Counted from the first letter of the stretch, positions 24,544 through 38,213 are shown. The stretch is DNA of 64,000 bases from Octopus vulgaris (GCA_951406725.2 OX597822.1:58528001-58592000); one strand, 5' to 3'. Made by a program: numbers and translations. The notes: generated by a model not told the origin, from the letters alone.

Positions 24544-24771
24544 TGAGTATGGAGTTGAAAAATAAACGATAGCAAATCCCCCGAAATTATACCTGTGGAA
24601 CGATGCACAGACATGCGTGAATTGATTTAACTAAAGATTTTTCTGTGTGTACGAATGTGTATGTATATGTATGTGTGGAATGCGTATGTCTTTCTCTCCC
24701 TCCCTCCCTCCCCTCTCTCTTTCTCTCTATCTCTCTATCTATCTCTCTATCTATCTATATCTATATCTATG

Positions 24772-24856
<85 letters not shown>

Positions 24857-24869
24857 GTCTGTCTGTCTA

Positions 24870-24941
<72 letters not shown>

Positions 24942-25226
24942 TGTATGTATTTTGCACATACATATGCATGTTATATATTGTGTGCATTTGTATGTATATA
25001 TAATTTAATACATATAGTATTTAAATATTATATATTAAATACTATCTCTGACTGGATGAAGTATTTTCTTTCGTTGATCCTTCATATAGAAGAACAGTAA
25101 ATTGTATGTCCGTACGTTCGGATGTATGTATGTATGTATGTATGTATGTATGTATGTATGTATGTATGTATGTATGTATGTATGTATGTATGTATGTACT
25201 TGTGTGTATATTTGCATGCATGCGTG

Positions 25227-25260
<34 letters not shown>

Positions 25261-25856
25261 TGTATGTATGTATGTATGTATGTATGTATGTATGAATGTA
25301 TCTATATGTATGCATGTATAACATCGAAAACTTATCGAAAATGCTGTACAAGTTGACATGGGAAAGTCGCATGTCAACTTGTACAGCTTGTCAACTTGTA
25401 CAGCTACGAATGAATGTGTGTGTGTGTGTGTGTGAGAGAGTGTGTGTGTGTGTGTGAGTGTCTCTGTTTGCGCGCGCGCGCATAATTATGCACAAGTCAT
25501 CTTTAAGGAATATATGAAAGTTACACGAATTTGTAAGTGCATTGTCATCCGTTTGTTAAGACTTGTAGGCGTTTGACCAATGTTAGATAGTGCAACAATG
25601 TTGTGAACTCCCTCATGTGTAGGAGTATTAGTTACGTTATTTAAATATTGTTATCTTTTGCTTGTATATTTGCTGCTATATATTGTTTAAATGATGGCGG
25701 TAGTAAAATAAGAAAAGAAAAAGTATTCAATACGGTTGTTGATTACATAGATGTCAGACGAATGAGCCTACATGAGAACGATCGTTGTTGTTGATGTTGT
25801 TATTGTTGCTATTGTTGTAGCTACTGAGCCCCATATCATCACTGCGTACACACACA

Positions 25857-25894
<38 letters not shown>

Positions 25895-26034
25895 TACACA
25901 GAAGGATTTAATCTTCTTTATCTTCATTATTTACATTATTTTATATTTGACAGATATTTGTCCTCATCTTGTTTTTACATTTGATGGATATTTGTCCTCA
26001 TTTTTTCCTCATCTCTTAAATATAGAGCTGTATT

Positions 26035-26225
26035 TCTTTTATCTTTTACTTGTTTCCGTCATTGGACTGCAGCCATTAGTAGGGCACCGCCTTGAAGGGT
26101 TTAGCCTAACAAATCGACCACAGTGCTTATTGTTTTTAAAAGTCTGGTCCTTATTCTATCGTTTTCTTTTATCGAATCGCTAAGTTAGAGAGACGTAAAC
26201 AAAATACCGGTTGTCAAGTGGTGAC

Positions 26226-26263
<38 letters not shown>

Positions 26264-26405
26264 CACACACATACACATAATGTGTATATGTGAGGCTTCC
26301 ATACAGTTTCTGTTTACCAAATTTACTCACAAGGTATTGGCCGGTCTGTGGGATTGAACTAGAAGCCAAGCGATTGCAAAGCAGGCTTCTTAACCGCACA
26401 ACCAT
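26035..26405 (-). mobile_element. SINE S1, decayed
   Basis: Match to the other S1 copies. Confidence 0.7.
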
Positions 26406-28114
26406 ATCTAACAAAATAAGCACAATTTGGGTTACAAAGGGAAGTGGACACTGCTGAATCTTTTCCAATGCCCGGGTTACAATGGTGTATACAATAAATT
26501 TCAGCAGTTCTTTAAATATAAGATTTTTAGAAAAGGGTTATACTCAATACAGTTAAGGCCTCTGAGCTGGAAAAACTGTCTGAATGTCTTATCAGTTAGA
26601 TAAGGGAATGGTTGACAGGAAACTATTATTGGGCTGTGATTAGGGCATTTGTTGGTCATAATCTGGACAAAATTAGATACATATACCGTTTTAGGCAAGT
26701 ATATTTTCAGCTTCTACGCGGTCGATCGATTTATTTGAAATAACAACCAAATATTCCTCGAATCACAATTCACTATTTGTTTACAGACTTAATAAATCTA
26801 GGACTACATTATCTAATGCTATTTCTTTCTTTCTTTTTTTTTTCTAGGTCAATAAAGGTACGAATTGTGTAAGTTTTGGCTGCTTTATCTTCGAGACTAT
26901 ATATCGGTAGATGTGTCAAAGTACGATTGTTGGTAAGTTATATTAAGGCAGTCAAACACTTGTAAGTCTGTTTGCTAGACGACTGTTACAGATACCACCA
27001 GTGGTTCTGGTTCTCTTTTATACTGTAAACAAGCACTTGTCCTAACATGCACTGAAAGAGCAACTCATGATGAAGTCGTAATAGCACCATTGTGATTAAC
27101 AGCGTTTCTTTGGCGTTTTTAATCTTAGCGGTACACTTCGCTCTCCATGTTTGATCTCAATTGATTTCTTTTAAAGAGAAATAAAGATAGAAAAAAAAAA
27201 CGAACATTTTAAGAAATGACACCATTATATGACTACTACTTTATTCATCGATCCCGAAAAGACAAATGAGAAAGTTTTCCTCGGAGGAATTTTGATCTCA
27301 GAAAGCCCTAACAAATAACATGAAGAGCTACATCCCTCTCTCTAACTTTCCTGTTACTTTACCGCCTTCAGCAAGTTACTGTTTAGAAGCACCAGCGGTA
27401 ACCGATTCTGCCTTCAGGACAAACAAATTAGTGTTTATAATATCTAGTAACATTTTACTGTGAAAATCTCAACAGATGCAGTTGCAATCATTCATAATTT
27501 GAATCGTGAAATTATTTTCTTGTAAACTTCGAGCCGATGTGAGGCACGTTGCTCACATCGATTGCCTGTATAAATAAGTTTTTAAATTTCTGAAATGAAG
27601 AGATATTTTGGAATAAAATCAGTGCGCAGCTTCTTCAGAGGTAGCACAATTTGTGAGAAAGTAATCTAAATCGTGGCCAGTGGGAGCATTAACTTATGCG
27701 TCATATCAGGCCATGAAAGAAGTGTCTTTGAAATCCTGAAGAAGTGGGAGTAGCTTATAAGGAATATCAAATAAGAAAGAAGAAAATAAAAGAGAGATAC
27801 AAGTAAATCAGAAAGAAATAGGGACAAATGTCGGCTTTGAAGAGTTGGTAGCGGTTGAGGTAGGTGTAGCCATATTATAGTAAACAGCTGCCTACTTCTC
27901 CAAGTGTCATCAACACATTACCTTTCTATGAAGAATGATGTCATAGCAAAATCACCATATAATGTAATTCGTAAGAAAGTTAACTCAGAGAGCACATTGT
28001 CACATACACATTCACTGTCCTACAAACACTCACACACTCATACGTACGTACATATGCACACTCACACACGTACATAATTGCATGCATATATATATATATG
28101 CATATGTATATGTG

Positions 28115-28153
<39 letters not shown>

Positions 28154-28156
<3 letters not shown>

Positions 28157-28233
28157 GCTGGTGATTATGTATATATGTATGCTTGTATATATATATATAT
28201 ACAAGCATACATATATACATAATCACCAGCATT
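28154..28233. repeat. Perfect 80-bp palindrome centred on (AT)7
   Basis: AATGCTGGTGATTATGTATATATGTATGCTTGT-(AT)7-its exact reverse complement. Confidence 0.9.
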
Positions 28234-28298
28234 CACTTAGGGAGACACACAGACACACACACACTCCCCCCCCATATACATATAAACACGTGTATATG

Positions 28299-28350
<52 letters not shown>

Positions 28351-28721
28351 AGTGTGTGTGTGTATGTGTGTGAGAGTGTGTGTGTGTGTATGTTTAAAAA
28401 GGTATAGCGTTTAAAGGTATAATAATGCTTATAAACACAAGGACATGCGTACTTAGGCAGAAACACGCACACATGCGTACACGCACATTCACTCACCTTA
28501 CACATATATGTATATATACGAATATAGACATTGTTCGTGCAGCCAATCCTGTAAAGAAGGCGGTGAAGTGCGGGAAAAGCAGTTGAAGTGGTAGAAACCT
28601 TCTGGAAGTGAAAGTAGCGATCAGATTTGTACAGATACACAAGCCAGACTGTGTGTGTGTGTGTGTGTGTTAAACATACATGCATACATGTGTGTATTGC
28701 GTATGTGTGTATATCATATGC

Positions 28722-29130
28722 TCTTTTACTCTTTTATTTGTTGGTCATGTGACTGTGGCCATGCTGGAGCACCGCATTTGGTCGAGCAAATCGACCCCAG
28801 GACATATTCTTTGTAAGCCTAGTACTTATTCTATCGGTGTCTTTTTGCCGAACCGCTAAGTTACGGGGACGTAAACACACCAGCATCGGTTGTCAAGCGA
28901 TGTTGGGGGGACAAACACAGATGCACAAACATATACACAGACATACATATGCATATATATATATACATATATACGACGGGCTTTTTTCAGTTTCCGTCTA
29001 CCAAAGTTACTCACAAGGCTTTGGTCGGCCCGGGGCTATAGTAGAAGACACTTGGCCAAGGTGCCACGCAGTGGGTTGAACCCGGAACCATGTGGTTGGT
29101 TAGCAAGCTGCTTACCACGCAGCCACTCCT
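28722..29130 (-). mobile_element. SINE S1, full length
   Basis: Match to the other S1 copies. Confidence 0.85.
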
Positions 29131-29131
29131 T

Positions 29132-29337
29132 TCGTCACACCACCGACGTTATCCAAAGGTAAGGCAAAGGCCGAAACAGTTTGGCACCAGTAACGTCGCA
29201 ACTCATTTCTAGAGTTGAGTGAACTGGAGCAATGTGAAATAAAGTACCTTGGTCAAGAACACAACACAGCCCGGTCCGAAAATCATGATTTCCTGATTGT
29301 GAGTCCGACGCTCTAACCACTGAGCCATGCGCCTTCA
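29132..29337 (-). mobile_element. SINE S3 5' part
   Basis: Reverse complement of GGCGCATGGCTCAGTGGTTAGAGCGTC..TGTGTTCTTGACCAAGG, as at 55023 and 61604. Confidence 0.8.
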
Positions 29338-29431
29338 TTGTATGTGTGAGTGTGTGTGTGTGTATACTATATATATATATAGATTATATATATAATATAT
29401 ATATAAATGTATATACACACATACATATACA

Positions 29432-29480
<49 letters not shown>

Positions 29481-29484
<4 letters not shown>

Positions 29485-29694
29485 GTTGTCTACTCCTCAT
29501 GCAGAGTTTGACCACCTCCTATACCTACACTATGGAACCATCATGGCATAGGATGTGGCTTTTGAAAAGACACCCACATAGATTGCATATCCGATTAAGA
29601 TCACCAAGAACTGCAGATAGGTTTGGATATTTGTGGATCTTAAAATGTCTTTTGAGGCCTCCTTTAGATTTGCAAACCTTCTGGCATACATTGC

Positions 29695-29696
<2 letters not shown>
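29481..29696 (-). mobile_element. 3' end of the RTE-C2H2 LINE family (homologous to ~61340-61573)
   Basis: Minus strand encodes CNVCQKVCKSKGGLKRHFKIH..RICNLCGCLF-KSHILCHDGSIV* followed by the same 3' UTR (..TGCATGAGGAGTAGACAA). Confidence 0.8.
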
Positions 29697-29747
<51 letters not shown>

Positions 29748-29850
29748 CAATTAAGGATAAAGTCTTTAAAAGAAATTATCAGTAGTCAGCGTGAAAAACC
29801 TCGTAAGAGAAAAAATCCGTAAATTCTTCCTCTTTGAAAATATTCATTTA

Positions 29851-30240
29851 TATTATAATGAGGGTACTACTATTAGTAGATACCAACACGCTAAGAGGGA
29901 CCAATGCGGTCAGAACTACTAAAAATAAACAAAAAAAACATTTTCATAGATATGTAAGGATAAACATTCGTACATGCTACGATGAATTCTACGGTTGGCT
30001 ATCGAGTTTGTAATGTTATGTTTTTTCTTATATCTCTTGAGTTTGTTGCACTGACGAACATGAAATGCATATTCTGCATTAAATTCGAAATCACATGTGA
30101 TATGTAACTGAATTCTTTTTAAAATGATGTGTTTTGAAGTTTTGCATTCGGTAATATTTTGTTTATTTTTAGTAGTTCTGACCGCATTGGTCCCTCTTAG
30201 CGTGTTGGTATCTACTAATAGTAGTACCCTCATTATAATA
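29851..30240. mobile_element. pLTR-like element with perfect 84-bp inverted arms enclosing an HHR
   Basis: 29851-29934 is the reverse complement of 30157-30240. Confidence 0.75.
30045..30108 (+). ncRNA. Type I HHR with a 12-nt palindromic stem III
   Basis: GUUGCA-CUGACGA-..AAUGCA-UAUUC-UGCAUU..C-GAA-AUCACAUGUGAU-A-UGUAAC; the base of stem II is mismatched. Confidence 0.65.
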
Positions 30241-30251
30241 TATATATATAT

Positions 30252-30515
30252 CAATTGCAGCATGGAAGATGTTTATAAGCCATTCAAGAACACACAAAAA
30301 CCGTTAGTTTCATTTCAACATTTAAACTGCATTTGTGTCAAAATATTTTTGTCGCTTTGAAACACGACCTGTTAGACAAAACTTCATGTTGCATTTCCAA
30401 ATTTTGTCAGTGATCAAGTTGCGGTTTCAAAGCGACGAATTAAAAATGCTGAAGTGAAACTAACGGTTTTTGTGTGTTCTTCAATGGTTTACAAACATTT
30501 TCCACGCTGCAAATG
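30252..30515. mobile_element. Fold-back element with two partial G3-C8 HHRs
   Basis: Arms are reverse complements; + strand reads TTTGTCA-GTGATCA-A-GTTGC..GCGAC-GAA at ~30403-30439. Confidence 0.65.
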
Positions 30516-30572
30516 TTTTTGTTTCAGCCCACGATCTCATACCATGTCACTTGCTACGTCAGTACATCGCCG

Positions 30573-30641
<69 letters not shown>

Positions 30642-30659
30642 ATACACACACACACACAC

Positions 30660-30820
30660 ACGACATGCTTCTTTCAGTTTCCATCCAACAAATCCACTCA
30701 CAGGCTTTGGTTGGCCCCAGGCTATAGTAGAAGACACTTGCCCAAAGTACCACGCAATGGAACTGAACCTGGAACCATGTGGTTGGAGTGTAAGCTTCTT
30801 TCCACACAGCCACGCCTGCG
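30660..30820 (-). mobile_element. SINE S1 5' half
   Basis: Match to the S1 head. Confidence 0.8.
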
Positions 30821-31356
30821 ACTATTTACTTTAAATATGATTCTATTTTAATCTGATATTGCTTATGTTGCATATAGCAAGTTTTTTTACTCACCTGGTT
30901 ATTTGCAACACTGATGATTGTTTGTTCACTGTTATCCTATATATCGGTGGTGACAGACTTTGTCTAATCATGCTAAGTACATGCTATTGAAGATACCCAA
31001 CGAGACAGAAATACACATTTAAATATACGCAGTCAAATCATGCCTTAAGATTAACATTCATTCATAAATCAAATTGTTATATGACCGAATCTCTTAACAC
31101 TATTCTTAAATTGCTTTTGACAGGTTAAAAAATTGCCACTTTCTCAGTTATTCTTAGCAATAAATCAATTGAATTGTTGTTTTGTATACATATAAAAAAA
31201 TTCTGTCCAAATAAGTGACCCGTCCTTGTTTTGGTGACGAAAATTTAAAGAAATACAACTGACCATTCTCAAGTATTTAAAAAAAGAATATACATGCACA
31301 GGCATGTACTCATGCATACATACGCACGCAAACACACACACACACACACACACACA

Positions 31357-31402
<46 letters not shown>

Positions 31403-31419
31403 GACGCACACACAAGATA

Positions 31420-31569
31420 CATGTGTGGTAAGTAGCTTGCTTCTCAACCACATGGTTCCGGATTCATTCCTACTGCGTAGTACCATGGGTAAGTGTCTTC
31501 TACTATAGCCTCAGGCCGACCAAAGCCTTGTGAGTGGATTTGGTAGACGGAAACTGAAAGAAGCCCGTC

Positions 31570-31610
<41 letters not shown>

Positions 31611-31830
31611 CGCCCGCGCGCGTGTTTGTCCCCCATTACCGTTTGACAACTGGTGTTTGTTTAGTTTCCCGTAACTTATAGGGATTCGGTATAAGAAACC
31701 GATAGAATAAGTACCAGTCTTTAAAAAACAAGTACTGGGATCAATTCTTTCGAATGAAAGTTCTTCAAAGTGGTGCCCCAGTATGACCGCAGTCTAATGA
31801 CTGAAACCCGTAGAAGATAAAAGAAAAAGG
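31420..31830 (+). mobile_element. SINE S1, near full length
   Basis: Match to the other S1 copies. Confidence 0.85.
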
Positions 31831-32217
31831 TAAAGATAGATAAGAACAAAAAAAAAAACATCACGAAGCCTTTCCCCTTGCACATTTACGCGCATGTATA
31901 CAAATGTGAATACGAAAACAAATACAACACCCCTGTACACAAAACACACAAGGACTACCTAACACATAAACACGGAACTTAAACACCTTACGTACACACA
32001 TACATAGGACACAATAATATTGCACATAGGCGCTAAACGCCTGAAATAAATAATCTTTTCTACTCTAGGCACAAGGCCCGGAGCCTGAAATAAATAATAA
32101 TAATAATAATAATAATAATAAACTAACTCTTGAATTGCTAAGAAATCCTATTATGATTATTTTCTTAATTTGCTGATCCTTTAATAACTATACATACCAA
32201 TCCTTGATATATATATA

Positions 32218-33455
32218 TCAGGCTGAGTAAAAAGTAATCAACGTTTTGAAACATGAAATTCATCACAATATATTTCAACAATTGTGGAAATTTCAATCAT
32301 CAAAGTAAGTATCACTACAATCAACACAATTTTGCCAACGTGTTAAAAGTTTGTTTCTTCCGGTAACATAAAAATTTATAGTTCTGGAGCTGATGAACTA
32401 TTTAAACTCACTTTCAGCACCCGTTTGATTTTTGAACCCCTTCTCTCGCAGGAAACCATCAAGGTGTTTGGAAAAGTGGTAGTCGGTAGGAGAAAGGTCT
32501 GGGAAATAAGCTGGGTAATAAGCCACATCCTGGAGAATCATTAGTGAAACGTGTGATCAAGCATTTTGATGAAGAATGATTGACCCTTTTCTGTTGACTA
32601 GTCTGGGAGGGAGGAGTAGCAGATTTTCGTTCATTTTGGCAATTTCATGGCAATATCTTTCTGCAGTAATGGTTTTTCCGGGTTTTAAGAAGTCATAGTA
32701 GATGAGTTCAGCAGTACACCACCAAAACAGTCACCATAACCTTCTTTTTGAAGAGCTCGGGTTTAGGGAAGGTTTTCGGTGCTTTATTTTAGTCCAACTA
32801 CTGCGAAGAACGTCTTTTATTATTATACAGAATCCACTTTTCATCGCAAGTTATAATACGGTCGAGAAATGAATCGGTCTGGTTACGGAGAAGAAGCGAT
32901 GAGCATATTTCATATCTGCACATTTTCTGATTTTCATTCAAATCGTGTGGTATCCATTTGTCGAGCTTTTTTGATATTCCGACCGCATTGCAAATGGTTG
33001 CATGCAGTATTCTGGGTAACTTGAAGCTCTTTTGCCAGTTTTCGGGTGGTTTTACGTGGATGTTTCTCAATGACGGTCTTTAAGTGGCTGTCATAAATGA
33101 CAGATGGACGTCCACTACACGAACGGACATTAAGGCTCAGGTCTCCACTGCGAAATCGTTCAAACCATTTTCGAGCTGACCACTCACCGGCCATTTCCTC
33201 ACAAAACGTTTCGTTGATATCGCGATCAGTTTTTTGAAGTTGAATAGCAAAATTGCTCGAATATCGCGTTTTGATAGTTCCATTTCAGATGATTGTAACA
33301 ACGGTGAAAAAAATATCAATGTTAATTTATTGATGCATTTAAGCATATCTTTGTCTGTATTTGCTGACAATTACAAAAAAAAAAAAATGTTTAAAAAAAT
33401 TTTTAACTCTGCAAAAATCCGGTTCAAAACGTTGCTTACATTTTACTCAACCTGA
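32218..33455 (-). mobile_element. Mariner element, near full length, decayed
   Basis: TIRs TCAGGCTGAGTAAAAAGTAATCAACGTTTTGAA / TTCAAAACGTTGCTTACATTTTACTCAACCTGA with TA on both sides. Confidence 0.92.
32293..33283 (-). pseudogene. Mariner (DD34D-type) transposase pseudogene
   Basis: MELSKRDIR, KWFERFRSGD, WIPHDL, IITCDEKWILYNN, YFPDLSPTDYHF and WQNCVD..YFDD*; frameshifts and stops. Confidence 0.9.
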
Positions 33456-33457
33456 TA

Positions 33458-34200
33458 GTTCCGTTTGCAAACATTTGGAGGTGCCAGGTGTAATTTTATG
33501 TGTGTGTTTCTTTTCTAACTTCTCCGGGTGGTACTGAGTAAGCTTCATTTTATTTTCAACCACGCTCCATAATAGTGAGACCACCAAAGTGAGCACCGAT
33601 GTCGTCCACCTCTGATAAGTCGAGGTTTCTTCTCTCCAAGGTAATTTCCAATTAACTGTTATCTTCGTTGTCCTCCAGCAAGATATTGGTCGCGAAGTGG
33701 TTGGATGTAGAGGGCTCTGTAAATGCAGGTCAGATAGGTATACTATATGATCGAGCCAGGTCACTTAATCTATGCTTTAGTGTGGGTTAGATACTGTTGA
33801 TACTGGCTTGACAGGGAACATATGTGTAATCCAATCTCGCCTGGTGAGCGAAAGGATATTCTTGAAATAGAATCTTCTTGAAAAACTAAATGTGAAAGGT
33901 CCCGTGGTTTTAATTTTCGACTGTATATGGTTTATAACTTGTTCGTATGTAGTAGAATAGGAACGCAGACTGTCTGCTAGTCGATGATCTTAGTTTGGAG
34001 ACTGAGATATAATTTAGAAAGATTATCTTTCTGAGCCTTCAAAAAAAATAATGGGGTTGCATGAGGCTTTTTATATATCCTTGTCCTATGTGCAGCCATT
34101 GGAAATTGTAGTGCCTAGGTATATGAATTGCAAGATTGTCATTAGTTGTTGAGAAAGTGGGCCTGGCAGAAGGTGGTTCTTTGAAGATCTCCGATAGAAT
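33458..34200 (-). mobile_element. Old RTE-clade LINE fragment (end of RT/thumb region)
   Basis: Minus-strand remnants QFIYLGTTISN, SLQTKI, VCVPILL and TWLDHIV, in RTE order. Confidence 0.6.
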
Positions 34201-34385
34201 TTTATCCTACTATATTCATCTCTATTGTAGTCCGAAACACTGCATTAAGTAAGAAATTCTGAGAAGCGATTGGATAAATCGGCGGCTTCGTGTAGATCGA
34301 ACATTTGAACCCTAACATATACACGTTGTAACCTGTTCCTTTCTTCTCTTCATTCTTTTCTATGTTTCTTCTCGACTTTCTTCTC

Positions 34386-34421
34386 GTATCTGACGAAGTA
34401 CTGTATCCGAAACGTTACTAC
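34386..34421 (+). ncRNA. Decayed minimal type I HHR in a pLTR-like segment (~34260-34540)
   Basis: GTAT-CTGACGA-A-GTACTGTATCC-GAA-ACGT-T-ACTAC; core intact, stems damaged. Confidence 0.5.
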
Positions 34422-34640
34422 TTATACTTTACAACTATTATTCTTTCCTTGAACATCAACCTAATAGTATTAACTGTAAACGTCCCCTGTACTTTAGCTA
34501 TGTTTGTTTCTTTTTTTTCCCTGTTTGTATTTGCTTTTTATTATACATACATGTATACACGCACACACATTCATATATATATATATATACATACATATAC
34601 GTACACACACGCATACATATAAACACATAGACATTTATAC

Positions 34641-34688
<48 letters not shown>

Positions 34689-34695
34689 TTGTATA

Positions 34696-34729
<34 letters not shown>

Positions 34730-34947
34730 TAATCAATATAGGGTGGCAAAAAAATTTTGTAGAATTCTTTTGCCACCAGCATATATATATATATATACAT
34801 CTCTCTCTATCTATCTACATAGTATATATATATATATATATATATATACACGCACACACACACACATTCATCCATTCATTCATACAGATATACATACATG
34901 CGTACATAGATACATACAAAAGCAGGTGACCAATGTAAGGGGTATCG

Positions 34948-34978
<31 letters not shown>

Positions 34979-35713
34979 CACTCTTTATGTCAATGACATT
35001 ACATATATATTTTCTCTGGATGGGAGCAGCTGCTGTAGTTTTCACATCATTGCGTTGGTGGTGTAAGTAGTCGTGTGATGACGATAGTGATGGCGACTAT
35101 CTTCTTGATAGTGATGATGATGCTGGTGGTGGTGGCAGTGGTTTTATTGGTGAGAGTGGTGTTTGTAGTAGTTGTTGTTGTCGTTGGTAGTTGTGGTGGT
35201 GGTGGTGTTGGTGTTGGTAGTGCAGCTGATGGTGGTGTGAGCGTGGTGTTGATGGTATTGGTGACGTGAAGATGATTGAATAAAAAAAAGAGCGAAAGAG
35301 GAGGGCCAAGTGCGGGTGCGTGATGTGTTGTGGGTGTTGGTATGAGGGGTGGGGACAATGACAGAACAGAGGGCTGTTCTCGAGACTGGTGGTGGTGGTG
35401 GTGGTTGTGATATTGTTGCTGTTGTTGTCAGAAATACTTAGGTATCGTACCTGGTAAAGTGTGAACTGTGTGTGAGGGTGGGTGTGGGGGTGGGAGTGGA
35501 GATTGGGTTTTCGGGTGGCGGTGAATGATGAGGAACGAGGGGGTGGGGAACAGTGATCGTTAACCGGTGAAACCCTACATAATGAATGAATCAGACCAAC
35601 GGAATAAACCGTCTTGCGTGATCTGGGTACACATACACACGCGCACACATACACTTACATACATACACACTCACACCTAAATACACCTACATACATCACT
35701 CAAACACTTACAC

Positions 35714-35778
<65 letters not shown>

Positions 35779-35924
35779 CATCACACAGAAGCACATATAT
35801 GTATACACACGCACAACATTCGTATATCACAAACTTTTTTGAACCGTTACACGAAAGTACATTTCGATGTATTTCCAGAAAAATTTTTTGTATTACAGTG
35901 TTTTATATTATGTATGTATGTAAG

Positions 35925-36135
35925 GCAGCGAGCTGGCGGAATCGTTAGCACTCCGGACAAAATGCTTAGCGGCGTTTCATCCGGTTTTACGTTCCGTGTT
36001 TGAATTCTACCGATGTCGATTCTGCCTTTCATCCTTTCGGGGTCGATAAAATATATATCAATTGAACCTCCGGGGTTAATGTAATCGACTAGCAGCCTCC
36101 CTTGAAATTGCTGGCCCCATGCCAAAAATTAAAAC
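35925..36135 (+). mobile_element. SINE S2, full length
   Basis: GGCAGCGAGCTGGCGGAATCGTTAGC..CTTTCATCCTTTCGGGGTCGATAAA. Confidence 0.85.
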
Positions 36136-36300
36136 TATTATGAATGTATGTATGCATATACATGTGTGTGTGTGTGCGTGTGTGTGTATACATGCCTATA
36201 CATATATTTTTGTATACACACACACGCACATAAATATATATGATACATGTATACATCATATATGACACATACACACATATATATATATGAGAGAGAGAGA

Positions 36301-36345
<45 letters not shown>

Positions 36346-36439
36346 GACAGACAGATCGATAGAACAAAGTACTTCTATGAAAGAGCAGCCAAATAGATAG
36401 CTTTTTATTGTTTTACTCGGGGATGGCCTTTATTTTATT

Positions 36440-37530
36440 ATTTGCTAAGAATATATGAAAGCCGACCTAAGCTTTCAAATCTACCAACAAGTATAATTCA
36501 AGGCCCTTGAAACTGCATGAATATCCACCTTCGCTTCAACATTCCTACTAAAAGCATCAGTCAACACATCAGTCAACATTTTAAAAATAGATCTCACGCA
36601 CATAAAGGGTTGGATTGCTGAACCACAGCCATCTTCATCCTAGTTTTGAAGGGAACTAAGTAGCTTGCAATAAACTGCCGCCCAATCTCACGTTTCGTGT
36701 CATTAAAACTCTTGAGAGGGTTGTGAGATTGAGAGTGACTGACTTTCTGTAGAGCAACAATCTTCTAAATTTCAAAACAGCCTGTTTTTTGATGAGGCAC
36801 GGGCTGCTTAATAGAACTCCTATGATACTTTGCCGACATTTTAAAAGTTTTAGGAAAGAACTCAAACACAATTGTTAAATACTTCGACTTCAGTCAGGCC
36901 TTCGATCGTGTCGATTACAGCATTTTATTGTTAAAACTTACAACTCCCTGGAAAACCATTGCTCTATATTAAGTGTTTCATTGTAAGCAAAACCCAACAC
37001 GTTGTGATGGATGGAATCCACTCAAGTCGTTCAAAGTCACTAGTGGTGAGCTTACTTCTCGTTGTAATTCACGTATATGGCATCATGAGTGTAATCAGAG
37101 ACAGGTCTGTCGATAACACTCTGAAGCGACTCTTCTCTTCGGAAAATTATCAACTGAGCTGATGATAGGTTGAAACTCCAATCAGACCTACATGCTATAT
37201 CTCAATGGATGGACCTCCTTCCCACAAAATATAACAAAAACAAAGCAATATGGGGAGAAAAAGAACTCATCCAGTTTAGAAACAGACCATACTTAAACAG
37301 TCGTATTCTTTTTCCTCAAGATAAATATAAGAAACTCAGGAGTAACCGACAACGACTTCAGATGGCGTACCCATATCAACACTAAACTTGATAGGACTGG
37401 AAAGATGAGTTTTTGGGTCCTCAGAACTTTACACTCCAGAGATCCAGATGCTATCATCCTTCTATTCTCTGCCTTTACTCTATTCCACTAAATAAAATAT
37501 CATGAGAACCTTAGGCAAGTTGGACTGCAA
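36440..37530 (+). mobile_element. Highly decayed CR1-like LINE reverse-transcriptase fragment
   Basis: IKTLERVVR..FL*SNNLL, YFDFSQAFDRVDYSILLLKL, LQSDLHAISQW and WVLRTLHSRD, in CR1 RT order. Confidence 0.7.
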
Positions 37531-37811
37531 TTATAAAAAATATAAATAAATGGTTTCAAATTTTGGTTCAAGATCAACAGTCTTATGTGAGGGGATAAGT
37601 CAATTACACAGTATTTCACTGGTACTTATCTATTCGACCCCATAAAGTACTTTGTGGTACTTCGTCCGTCTTTACTTTCAACGGTCAAATGCCACCGAGG
37701 TCGACTTTGCCTTTCATCCTTTCAGGGTCGGTCGAATAAGTACCACTCAAGTATTGGGGGTCTATGTAATCGACTACTCCCGTCACCAAATTTCAGGCTT
37801 TGTGCCTATAT

Positions 37812-37974
37812 AGGCACAGGAGTGGCTGTGTGGTAAGTAGTTTGCTTACCAACCACATGGTTCCCGATTCAGTCCCACTGCGTGGCACTTTGGTCAAGCG
37901 TCTTCTACTATAGCCTCGGGCCGACCAAAGCTTTGTGAGTGGATTTAGTAGACGGAAACTGAAAGAAGCCCGTC

Positions 37975-38041
<67 letters not shown>

Positions 38042-38213
38042 TGTGTCTGTGTTTACGTCCCCGTGACTTAGCGGTTCAGCAAAAGTGACCGATAGAATAA
38101 GTACTAGGCTTACAAAGAATAAGTCCTGGGGTCGATTTGCTCGACTAAAGGCGGTGCTCCAGCATGGCCGCAGTCAAATGACTGAAACAAGTAAAGGAGT
38201 AAAGAGTAAAGAG
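37812..38213 (+). mobile_element. SINE S1, full length, inserted at the tail of an S2 copy (~37640-37810)
   Basis: GGCACAGGAGTGGCTGTGTGGTAAG..GTAAAGAG tail. Confidence 0.9.

Noticed and set aside
30895-30936. 42-nt minus-strand micro-exon candidate (DNSEQTIISVANNQ) with a GTGAGT donor
   Set aside because: Weak acceptor and no homology or partner exons.
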